Shown: piece by piece, positions 13,324 through 24,375 of the stretch
Numbering within the stretch: the first letter of the stretch is position 1
How the letters are laid out: every line of letters begins with the position of its first letter
From: Balanoglossus misakiensis
Lineage: Eukaryota > Animalia > Hemichordata
Assembly: GCA_040954595.2 (NCBI GenBank)
Contig: CM082576.2
Span: 16,229,028-16,293,027, forward strand
Direction: 5' to 3'
DNA length: 64,000 nt
Notes under the pieces: generated by a model
What the model saw: only the letters and a program-made list of their open reading frames with translations
The model's database searches: none
Told to the model about the DNA's origin: nothing
Position numbers and translations under genes: made by a program

Positions 13324-14191
13324 TTAATGAGTAGGGACAATGTTTTACAGACTAAAACAAAATGACGGAAACGGTTACAAGATGTCTGCCAGTGTTAACA
13401 GTGAAACTGATACCTCATGATAAGTTACTAACATAAAGTAAAAAAGAAAATTAGTTTCAAGACATCCTGCATAGTCTGTATCATGTTGCCCCAATTCATT
13501 AACACTCGCCAAAAACTAGTCAGTCCTTGCACTGACAAACCAGGAACTGTCCGTCAAATTTGGCTCATATCCGATCTGCCTTTCTTGCGATGTTAAATAA
13601 ATGTTATACAAACAAGGGATTTTAAAATATTTTCAGCAAAACTTTACAAATGAAGCAGATTTAAAAGATCTTGGATGTAATCAAAATCACTTTATGATTT
13701 GGATTGGTATTCTTGATGCTGGTCCATCATATCACAGTGGAAAAGGTGTGACCAGCTCATGAATATTAATAATCTCATTAATATTCATGGGCGACCACCA
13801 ATTTGTTTTGGCTTGGCATAACCCTGTGACCGAGTTCTGGTTAGACCAGAACTGCCTGTTGTTGTTTTTTAAACACCGTGAACACACCACTGCTATTCAC
13901 TATTTTAGAGGCAGGTTGAATGTCAGAGTACGTTTCATACTTGTTTCGATCACTTGTGTCGTGAGATTTTCAAGTACATTTTTTTTCTCTCCAATGTGTC
14001 CAGGGTTGAAAATAAAACACTTGCAATTATTTCTGCTATTTCAATCGTTTAACTTTATTCTGTTGGGTTTTCTACACGTTGAATCACAATTCTCTTGATC
14101 ATTTCAAAATTAACATGTGCCTTCTTTCAACAAAAAGTAAAGTTAACATATTCTACCTGTGAGTTGTGACATTTTCACCTAAATTTATTTG

Positions 14192-16034
14192 TTACACAAC
14201 AGGTCTTATTTTCATCTCGGTATTCTTCAAAGAGTAGTAATACGTTTTCCATGCATACCAAGTTACCCCTTTGGCGTACTGATCCGTCTGTCCGCCGAGG
14301 TACAGACCCTTCAAATTGGAACTATGACATTCAGTGTACCACCATGCCCCATTGTACAACCGAGCACAGCCCTGCCGCATACTCATCATTGTCCCTATCC
14401 CTGGTTGAGAAATACTTGGTTGCGTGTTCGCTAAGACTATCCCCTGTAGAAAACACACACTCTTCCACCGGTATCGCTTCTTTAGCACGACGAAAACCGA
14501 AAAAACGATCCGTCACACTGTGCGGAAGTGCGTTCTCAACAAGCAGGTCAAATTTGGCTGGCCTACGTCGCCTGTAAAAAAAGCCTTAGGGATTTTTGTG
14601 AACGGTACAAAATCTCTGTGTACAAAACATTGGATTTTTAGCGTTCGATCCAGTTACTGTGGTTACAGGACGCGCACGCTATCGCTGACCGCTGCTTTGC
14701 CGTATTAGCGTGGCGGCCTATGGCCGGGCGGTAGCTGCCGTAAACATACTCGGACAGGGGGTGTGCACACAATCGTGCGTATTTTTAATTAGTTACAAGC
14801 CCCTTGTCGGACGTTCATAACGGTTTCGATCAAAATTGAGTGTAGTGACCTATAAAGGCCCATAGCAACGGGCAAAAAGATCCGGGGACCCATCTTAAAG
14901 GGACATTATTTTTTGGCTATATTTTCAGTACTTTCGTTCTGTGTACCAAATGTAATTTCTTGTTCTATATCAAACAGCCTGATTATATATATCCGGTATA
15001 TGTACCTACACTGATTGTCAACATAACTATAGCCGTAGGTATGTAACGGCCGATGTTATTGTTGCGAATATTACCTAACAATGTTTATAATTCAAACAGC
15101 TGTAAACATTTTTTAAAAAAAAACTTTGCTTAGTTTTATCGGATGAACGTTGGTGTTTACGTGCATTTCATTAATAACATACATGTATATGCACATTTTG
15201 ATGTCTGCAAGAACATCCTTATTGACAAACGTGTACAGTACAACAGTACAGAAATGTGGCGAGACATGTTTTTGCATGGCAAAACTAATGTCTTCCTACC
15301 TGCGTTTCCGGTATATTCTCCAAGAGTCAGTTTATATTTACTGAATTCATCACCAATGACGAATCTATCATATTTTGCGTATCTCTGGTTTCGTTGTCAA
15401 AGTCTTCCATGTCAATTCTGAGTTTGTAAGTCCGTTGATTTGTCAATCGATGCAGATTATCATTTCCCAGCCAGAACTCGGCAGCAGGAAACCCGAATCC
15501 ATTTTTGTAGTCATTCCAGTCACGGTAGAAATCTAAGCTACCATCGCGTCTCCTTTGAAATACCTTATAATTAAAAGAATGAACGCGAAAACCATCAACG
15601 CCAGACTGAGACCAATTAAGGTGTGTACCTTCCACAGGAATTACTTTGAATCGGACACCAAGAAATCGGAAGTAGCTGAATTGCAAAAATATAAAAAATA
15701 CCAAAAGTGATCGGCTTTCATCCGGTGAGAAAACAATTGTATCTGGCAATCTATCATAATCGTGTATTCCAGAACTATAGTTTTACACGTTTGCAATACA
15801 GATTAAATTAACAGTTTTCTCTCGAAGCAGCGCTTTTATTTTAAGGAATAATACTATTCTAATAGACACAAGTATTCTAATAGACACATACCGTCCACCC
15901 TCCGTTATCTGTCTCCATATCACAATAGACTTTGAATGGGGTTCCGTCGTCCATGGGTTGCACAGTGTACACGCCACTTGGAGTTTCTTTGTCCCGCCGA
16001 TAAATATCATAGCAATCCAACCGTGGCCGACGCT
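14192..16034 (-). pseudogene. Fibrinogen C-terminal domain (FReD; ficolin/tenascin/angiopoietin-like lectin) gene, frameshifted
   Basis: Three exons with canonical splice sites: 16034-15892 (DCYDIY...SGVYTV...VYCDMETDNGGWT), 15563-15300 ([24 protein letters not shown]...[10 protein letters not shown]...) and 14443-14192 (GDSL...FSTRDRDND / CARLYNGAWWYTECHSSNL...EMKIRP). There is an extra GA near 15383 and a one-base shift near 14372. No 5' exons were found. Confidence 0.82.
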
Positions 16035-16839
16035 CTAAAATACACGCATAATCTTTGAATCATTATTGACGCTTATATAATCGATCAAATCCAGAACGTG
16101 TACGTCTAAGATAAGAGGAGTCTGATGATTCTAAAAAATTATTGATGAAATTTGATGTGGCATATTGCGAAAGTACATGTAGAGCTCCATATAACACATG
16201 AATAAGTGCTGGCATATTATTTGCTAAGCGTACTGTATATTAGTTCTATGGGTCAAAACTGACGTCATTGTGTACATCGGTACACAACGGTATGCGAAGC
16301 ACTATTTTCTGAACAGCGATAAATTTTCAATATTATTGTGCATCTTTATCTCCCAAACCTACATGTATAAGACTATTTTAACAAGTATTTGAGCTTATGA
16401 TTAAAAATAATGTACAGCCATGATGCAATGGCGCTTACATAAAGGACCCTAGCTTCATGGTACCACAGTTATTAGATTAAGCGGCACAATACAAGGAGAT
16501 AGCAACAACATCTATATCAACCTCACGTGTAGACTGACACATGACCAGTAATGCTCCCGAGTGAAATGTTGACCAATGATGCAATTTACTGCCGAAAAAT
16601 TGGTGATAATAAGCTCTCTGCGTTTCGTCTAAAGGGCGACTCTAGTTCAGTGCCGATATAGCATCACGCATATTGTTTCACCTGGTTCAGAAGATTAGTT
16701 CTGTTCGCTACAATTCAGACGGCGAGCCGGAGCGCCCGCACAGGACTGAATCTTTCAGTCTATAGGCTATACTACGAGATTTAAAATAAATCAAAAACAT
16801 TCTCAAATACATGTAGACGGGAAATATCACATATTTTGG

Positions 16840-17107
16840 AGACTCCTCCAAGCGGCTCTGGGGTTTCTTTACTGTGCCGGGCATTTCACAGTAAAACTTC
16901 ACTGAGAACCGATACACCGACGTATAACCCTGAACAAAGAGTACTGAGATTAGTGTCAAGATGAAACAGACTTTCCTCGACCTGCCCCGTTGCCAGAGCA
17001 AGGAGTACTGAGTTCTGTGCCAACATTGCACCAAATCCTTTCCTCAACCTGCACACTGCCAGTGCACAATCAACAGCTACCCACGCGGCCATGGATTGGA
17101 GGAGTCT
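16840..17107 (-). ncRNA. Novel structured RNA candidate, subtype A copy 1
   Basis: 12-bp closing helix AGACTCCTCCAA/TTGGAGGAGTCT, conserved core GTGAAGTTTTACTGTGAAATGCCCGGCACAGTAAAGAAACCCCAGAGCCGC, and covariation with subtypes B and C. Strand chosen because most mismatches become G-U on the - strand. Confidence 0.6.
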
Positions 17108-17610
17108 TTGACGTTAGTTCCTTTAGCCCGGAAACAGTGTTGTCATGAAGACAAAAAAGAATGACAGAGAAATCAACAGATCATATTTTGCTCAAAGGCA
17201 GAGACTGTACTCACCGAGGCTGTACTTACTGAAAACATGCCAGGCGCCGATGTTGTCCACTTGAGATAATGTTCACAATTTTGTTCGGAAGTCTTCTTCC
17301 AGTTTCCATGTGTCGCACATGTTTTCTTTACATGCTACATTATGTACACATAGCCGTTCTGTCATTCTTTTATGTTTCCAAAGGACCCACATTTAGCTCC
17401 CGTGGTTACCCACACGAATTGTTCCGTATGTCTGCCCTTCTGTACATGCCTATTTCTGTGTCATCGATATTTAAAGAACGGCTTATCACATTTGAACCCA
17501 ATTTGATGGACATGTAATGATTCAAAATGGCGAGGCTTACCAGTGTTGTGATAACCCGTTGGATGAGTAACAAATCTGTCGCCCCAAAAACAAACTACAG
17601 GACAATTTGG

Positions 17611-17885
17611 AGACTCCTCCAAGCGGCTCTGGGGTTTCTTTACTGTGCCGGGCATTTCACAGTAAAACTTCACTGAGAACCGATACACCGACGTATAACC
17701 CTGAACAAGGAGTACTGAGATTAGTGTCAAGATGAAACAGACTTTCCTCGACCTGCCCCGTTGCCAGAGCAAGGAGTACTGAGTTCTGCGTCAACATTGC
17801 ACATAACCTTTTCCTCAACCTGCCCACATGGCTACATCAGTGCACAACAAACAGCTACCCACGCGGCCATGGCTTGGAGAAGTAT
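17611..17885 (-). ncRNA. Novel structured RNA candidate, subtype A copy 2
   Basis: Same core as A1. Closing helix ACTTCTCCAAGC/GCTTGGAGGAGT has a U-G wobble on the - strand. Confidence 0.6.
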
Positions 17886-18576
17886 TTGATGTCAGTTCTT
17901 TACCCCGGAAACATGAAGACAAAAAAGAATGACAGAAGTTTGGCGCAAAGGCAGAAGAAAAACAAGACTGTACTCACCGAGAACACCCCAGGCGAGGGGA
18001 CTTACATGAAATGTTCCATCTCTGTTTGCGCTGTCCACGTATATACAACGTTGATCCCGTAGACAATATCGTTTTCTCAATATCTCGAGTGTTTCCGTAG
18101 CACCGACGCAGTTGTCATATACGACTGGGTTTCTCAATCTCTTTTACATTCCAACTGTCATCATCCAAATATCATGTCTCCTGTCTTCTGGTTCGACGGT
18201 TAGGTTAATTTTCTTAATTTCGAACCTGTGATGCACACCTTCCTACTATTTACAACAAAAGTTTGATATGTCTATAAATCTTAGAATAGTGGTTTGTTTA
18301 CTTTGTTTCTCGCTTGACAAAAGTGTTTCCTTACGAATGCTGAGCCCCATTCGGTAAGCCGATGCAATTTTACAAATTATCGTTGGGAGTTGCTCGACTT
18401 CTTTGGTAAAATGAATGATACTGCTATAAAAATTATAATATGCTAGCCTAATAGATTTGTGCATACGGTTTTCAAAGTTGATGTGAAAAATATGGTTCTA
18501 ATTGTTGGCAAAAGTAACCTTATCTGTCGTTAGTCTAATATTTTAGAGAAAGAAACAACGAAAACATTTTTTTACG

Positions 18577-18818
18577 GAGCCCTGTAAGAGGTTCTGGGGT
18601 CTCTTTACCGTGCCGGGCATTTCACAGTAAAACTTCACTATGTATTCATACACCAGCGGAGGGGTGGGTACAAGATTTGACCCTGAACAAGGTCTACAAA
18701 CGGCGATGGGTCGGCTCGTTCTCTCCCCTTTCACTTAACCACCTGACCCCTGCCTCGACCTGTTCACTACTGGTGTAATTTCCACAGCTACCCACGTGAC
18801 CATAGCGTACAAGGGCTT
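18577..18818 (-). ncRNA. Novel structured RNA candidate, subtype B copy 1
   Basis: Closing helix AGCCCTTGTA/TACAGGGCT, arm helix TACACCAG/CTGGTGTA, conserved core. Confidence 0.58.
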
Positions 18819-19212
18819 ATATATTATGATCACTTTTACCCGGAAATGTCTAGCTGCAAGAATTTGTCAAGACAATGACAGATAAGATTACCTTGTACCA
18901 TTCCCGTGGCATTTTTCGATTGGGAAATTGTCAACTTCATGAGCTATGTGTTACCCCCCCTCAACCCCCCCCCCCAAAAAAAAAAAAAAAAATCTAAGGA
19001 AATTTGTGTGTGTTAGTGACTGTGTGTGAAGTCTACCGTTCACGGTAACATAGAAAATTATTTTGCCAAACTTAGAATAGAAAATATATGTTGGAGTTTA
19101 TTATTTACATTTATTCACATATGCAGCTCAATTCAAAACACGGTTTAAAAGGACATAAAGTTGTATGCCGGTGCCGAATCACATTGTTTTTTAAAATGTA
19201 GCAAATTTTGTT

Positions 19213-19422
19213 GAGTCTTCCAAGCGGTTCTGGGGTCTCTTTACCGTGCCGGGCGTTTCACAGTAAAACTTCACCGTGTACTCCTACGCCAGCGTTTTTT
19301 AGTGGAGACAAGGAATGACGGGATGGCCGAACCACCAACATCAGTTCTACTTGTTCAACACCAGTGTACTTCCCCCGGCGTACTTTCCACGGCTACCCAC
19401 GTGACCATAGCTTGGCGGTCTC
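19213..19422 (-). ncRNA. Novel structured RNA candidate, subtype C copy 1
   Basis: Closing helix GAGACCGCCAAGC/GCTTGGAAGACTC, arm helices GCCGTG/CACGGT and TACGCCGG/CTGGCGTA (compensatory versus B), conserved core. Confidence 0.58.
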
Positions 19423-22400
19423 TTTGATTCAACCTCTTAAAGCCCAGAAATATATACTGTTTTCATTCAGAAGACTAACGACAGACACCGCTGAATATTA
19501 AAATCACTGTCTATTGAAATGAGCTGTATATATGATACCAATGGGCCTAATCTTTACGATAGTTACGAATCATTCCCTTGCCTTGAGTAGGATGTTGTAT
19601 GTGTAACGCTCTTTAGGAAAATAATAATCACAGTCGCGTGAGAGTTTGTTACACGTCGAACTGTTCCTATTCTTCTGAGTCATAGGGGCAATTCGCCGTG
19701 TAATAAAAATGCTCTTTAGATACGACTTTATTTACCCGAAATACCAAAGTTTATGCAACAATCACTCCCACTTTTGATCCACGTGTGACCCCCTAGATAG
19801 GTTAGAATTATCCTGCGCTACAATCTCTGTACGGCAGCGCGTTTGACGTGAGCAGGGCCAGGGGGAACGAACGCGCTACTTGTGACAACATGTCATTCCA
19901 TTCGTGCGACGCGCACGCAGCCGTGCGCACGATGCATGCAATGTGATGTTTGGCCGAAGCACAGCGACTGCGGCCGAAGCTTGTGTATCGCTGTTTGTAT
20001 AAAGTTTACTGGCATACAGTACCTCTTCTACGACTTTTTTTGTAAAATTAGAATTCATTGGTTATTTTGCATAATTTTTAACCAATGGCGTACATGGCCA
20101 AGACGAGTTGCTTAGCATCGCACTGTATGCATCACACGACAAATATTACAGAAAACAAAAGTCTCTCACGACTCTTACCCGAGAGAGGCGCTCTTCATAT
20201 TTTATGTCCAGTAGTTCCAGTGAACACTGCCAAAACAAGTGCGTGAAGAGCGGGTTCTCAACCAGCCACTTTACAACAAAGAAAATGAAACGAAAGCAGA
20301 GAGTGTAGAGCCGCTGCTTGTGCTTTGTGATCGTGAGGAGTCGTCTATGGCAACAGTGACACAAATAGAACATCAGAACACTTCCTGTTTTCTTGCGACA
20401 AAAGCATGATGGGAATTTCATCGCGAGAACTTTCGCGCGTCCGTGAGCGGGTAACTTAGCAACAAGTATGGCGAACATTCCTTTCTTACGGCGTGGTGGC
20501 GACAGCCTTTAGGCGCGGCTTTCCGCGGACCCGAATTTTCCTTTCATTTGGCGAAGGAGGAATCTTTGCATGTACAGATTATTCTAAACCTTTAAATCTT
20601 GTGAACAAGGGGTATAACATTCCAATGATAAAATGTACTTATTTTTAGTTGGAGTTTTTGACCTAAAATTTGCGTATAAAGTTTCCTTTTAGACTTGCTC
20701 TCGTCGTAGCCTCGTAGCATTGTCTGTGCGACAGTGCTGTAAAAAAAAAAACAGTTAGACATGAATCTTACCGAGAGGCGGCGCTTTTCGGATGACAATG
20801 TTAAGTACTTGAAGTGTGGTAGAACTACCAAATGATGAAAACAGGATTTCAGCGAAAGTTTCTCGTCTTTTGTTACACTGAAGCGCGAAGGGTGGCGTCC
20901 ATCCGGCGTCTGGCTGGTAGTGTTGCGGAGAGTCACGGTTGCCGACAGCAACAGAACAATCGAAACGCACAAGAACGTTTGTGACCCAAAGCATGATGGG
21001 TATTTTGCGGTACGGCCCGCGAAAGAACCAATCGTTCGCTCTTCAGTCACTAGTAGAGACTTGAAGCCTAAAGAGAGCCGAAGAAATGTAGGATTTTTTA
21101 ATTGTTGACCTAGACAGCATAGACGAGTGACGGTAGTGAGAATGGGCTTGCACATGCACGTGACACCAAACTGTGATGACAACATGAACAGCGCCACCGA
21201 CGGTTAGAAATGTACAGAAATGTTGTGCGTGTGTACATTGTATGTACTATGTATTGGTTGTGTATCACTCGTGTATAAAATTGAACAGTAAATGATTTCA
21301 CATTTTTTCAAACGTTTACAAATATTTATAATTTTCTGAAAAATAGTACAAAATTGCCATGTACTGTTTATTAGTATTATGGTGTGTGTCACTACGTCAC
21401 TTCCGGTTTAACCCGCTCTCAGTCAGCAAAACATGGTCGACCAAGCAGTGTCACGCGTGTAGCTTTCTGTGCGCAATCGACTTATGTTCTCGTAGGTTTT
21501 GTAATGGAAACTCCGTTCGAACGAAAAACCAATCGATTTTTTTTAGTTTATGTATGTTTAGCATCGTTCTGTGAGGAAAGTACTATCGATTTTGTTCCGA
21601 GTTGCGACTTTTTGGTGTTCTTTCATTCCGTATGTCAGTTGGCATCATGGCGTACTGTTGCGAACGATCGTACTCGGGCGACGTAGTTTGAAGTTAGCAG
21701 GCAGACTAAATAGCGAGCGCACAGCTTTGTTATGTGTATATTTTGAAAGACTAATATGTAATGTGTGTGAAATTGCATGGGAGCCCCAATGCGCCCTTTT
21801 ATTTTATCGATTTCACCGTATTTAGAAACTGTATGCGCCTAACACATCCCTATCCGATTATCTCGCTGTCATTCCATAACCTCTGAGTCAGGAAGACGTC
21901 GAAGACAGAGGCGATGGATTCACTCACTACTACTTACAGATGCGCCACAGCCATGGGAGCCACCTGGGAGGAAATCATCCAGGAAGCGACAAATACCAAG
22001 AATACTTACCTGGTCCTGATTACGATTCGGACACCGGAAGCGCCGAGAGGCAGTAAACATTGAATACAACATCAGAAAAGAAAATCCTATTTTAATTAAG
22101 GCAAACGCTGGCATCAAAGCCAATACAATATTTTATTGTTTGAATTCATAGTATGCCAAGTTGAATGCAGAACTACCGGTAAATGTATAAAGGTGTATGA
22201 TTAATTTGTGTATGAGAAGATGTCAGTTTATGGAACCTAACAGTTGCATGAGGTAAAACGTGATAAAGAGAGACCGTATTTAAAACACAGTTAACATGGG
22301 TGGTGTTACGACCCCAAGTTAGCAAAACTATATTAGGACAGAAAAGCACACAAGTTATGCAATAGCCCGTAAAAATACAGAACTACGTGCTTTGTAAAGA

Positions 22401-23210
22401 GTTTGGCAAAATTAACGTGATAATGTTATTCTGAGAGTCTTTTGTTGAAATGCAACATAGCATTTCGATTACATTTGTATAATTGGTTTGCGAAAAATCC
22501 CCAATGAAAATTCAATGTGACATGACACGTCATATTGTCGTGTAATGCATGATTGTAGGCGCACAGAGGTGAACCAAACTCCCTAGATAAATATTTTCAC
22601 ATCTAAATCTCTATTAGTAATCGATTTTCAGTAGTATTTGCATAATATTCAATCGTAAATATAATTTTTAATTTGAGGATTAGCTGACTACATGTATGCG
22701 GTTGTACAAGGCACCTTCGGCTTGGCACACATTTTTGCCATTGAATGCAGTATTTTTTTTACTTTGCCGATTATATTTAGATATAGAAATTGTAAATTAA
22801 TGTCTACACTTTGGCGATGACTCAACATACATGTACAGTGTGGTATTGGCAGTAAAGTTTATTGGACGAATTTATATGAAGAAGTGTGTAAAAGAAAGAT
22901 GTGCACATTCAGAGCTAGGGGGCGCTATTTACCGAGACCATGCCCATCTCCTCACAACAAATGCAGCATTGAGTTGTCAAAATTATAAAGTGCAACCATA
23001 ATTCCCTTAATTCCCTTAGGGCAATTTTCTAAACAACTCGAACTGTATGTTAAGCTTTAATAAATTGTTTGGTCGTATTTAGTGTTTGACGTTGAAAATC
23101 ACACTGTATTTACTGTCGCAAGATGGTGGGAATTACCCTAGCCAACTGTGACATGAGTTTAGAATTGCCCAAAATAGGAGTTTGAGAACCAGAGTATTGT
23201 ACAGAAAAGA

Positions 23211-23260
23211 ACTCACTCACTCACTCACTCACTCACTCACTCACTCACTCACTCACTCAC
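23211..23260. repeat. (ACTC)n microsatellite
   Basis: Read directly. A shorter copy occurs in the duplicate near 42724. Confidence 0.95.
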
Positions 23261-23461
23261 ACACAATGAATTATGCTTTAACTAGTCTGTAATTTACACC
23301 TAAAACACCGAAATACAGTATGCAGATTAAAACGTTTCTCTAACTACTTTATAATAACGCGGGTGACGAAAGCTTTGCACACACAGTTTCACGACATAAA
23401 CAGTGTTCACAGTCCCCAAATTACTGTTAATCGGGTTTCTCGTCCGTCGACTTTTACCAAT

Positions 23462-23736
23462 TTACACTCGATTTACTTCACTACTTCTTAGGCCTATACA
23501 TGTAAGTGTCTTCGGTTGCGAGGTGCGGTCGAGTCGCTTGTGAAGCGATAGCGACAGGACGGCAAACCACGCTACTGACAATAGCAGGAGTCCGGCGAAT
23601 GCACCGAATAGTTTAGCCCTGTAGTCTGGCAGATCGTAGAGCAGACAGTTCCCTTGTTCATCGCACGCCGTCCGTCCCCATAACATACACGCCGAGTCGA
23701 TGAGGGCCCCGGTGTATATCGGCGCCGGTATAGTGG
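23462..23736 (-). pseudogene. Duplicated last coding exon of the SLCO gene (orphan or alternative terminal exon)
   Basis: TIPAPIYTGALIDSACMLWGRTACDEQGNCLLYD... is nearly identical to 42951-43225. The frame is intact and acceptor CCCTTGCAG is retained. Upstream exons were not duplicated. Confidence 0.8.
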
Positions 23737-24375
23737 CTGCAAGGGATTTGTTGTATATCTTAGGCTAGGTTTACAATCATGTCTTCATTATAACCCTGCC
23801 AAGTTAGGCGACATACATGTATATTTAGTAGTAAGCTGGGCAAATCTCAATCTGATTAAAATCAGATGTAGGGAACGGCGACGCGTTTTTTTTTACAGCC
23901 CGGAAACAGTGATGTCGTGAAGACAAAAAAGAATGACAGAGAAATCAACAGATCATATTTTGCTCAAAGGCAGAGACTGTACTCACCGAGGCTGTACTTA
24001 CTGAAAACATGCCAGGCGCCGATGTTGTCCACTTGAGATAATGTTCACAATTTTGTTCGGAAGTCTTCTTCCAGTTTCCATGTGTCGCACATGTTTTCAT
24101 TACATACTACATTATGTACACATAGCCGTTCAGTCATTCTTTTATGTTTCCAAAGGACCCACATTTAGCTCCCATGGTTACCCACACGAATTGTTCCGTA
24201 TGTCTGCCCTTCTGTACATGCCTATTTCTGTGTCATCGATATTCAAAGAACGGCTTATCACATTTGAACCCAATTTGATGGACATGTAATGATTCAAAAT
24301 GGCGAGGCTTACCAGTGTTGTGATAAGCCATTGGATGATTTACAAAACGGTCGCCCCAAAAACAAACTACAGGAC

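Larger units (their letters stand above)
17125..23847. repeat. Segmental duplication, copy 1 (about 6.7 kb; partner 23897-43341)
   Basis: Sequence from AGCCCGGAAACAGTG to ...GCAAATCT recurs colinearly from 23897 to 43341, where it is interrupted by internal tandem expansions. It includes the SLCO last exon and downstream region. Confidence 0.9.

Noticed and set aside
16845-16903. Resemblance of the - strand core (GTGAA...CTGTGAAATGC...CGGTAAAGAGACCCCAGAACC) to LSU rRNA near the peptidyl-transferase loop
   Set aside because: It needs many gaps, the pairing supported by covariation differs from the rRNA helices, and there is no rRNA similarity in the flanks. A cmscan against LSU and mitochondrial LSU models would settle it.
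22002-22013. ATACTTACCTGG, identical to the U1 snRNA 5' end
   Set aside because: No U1 stem-loops or Sm site follow. It is better read as a consensus splice donor on the - strand.
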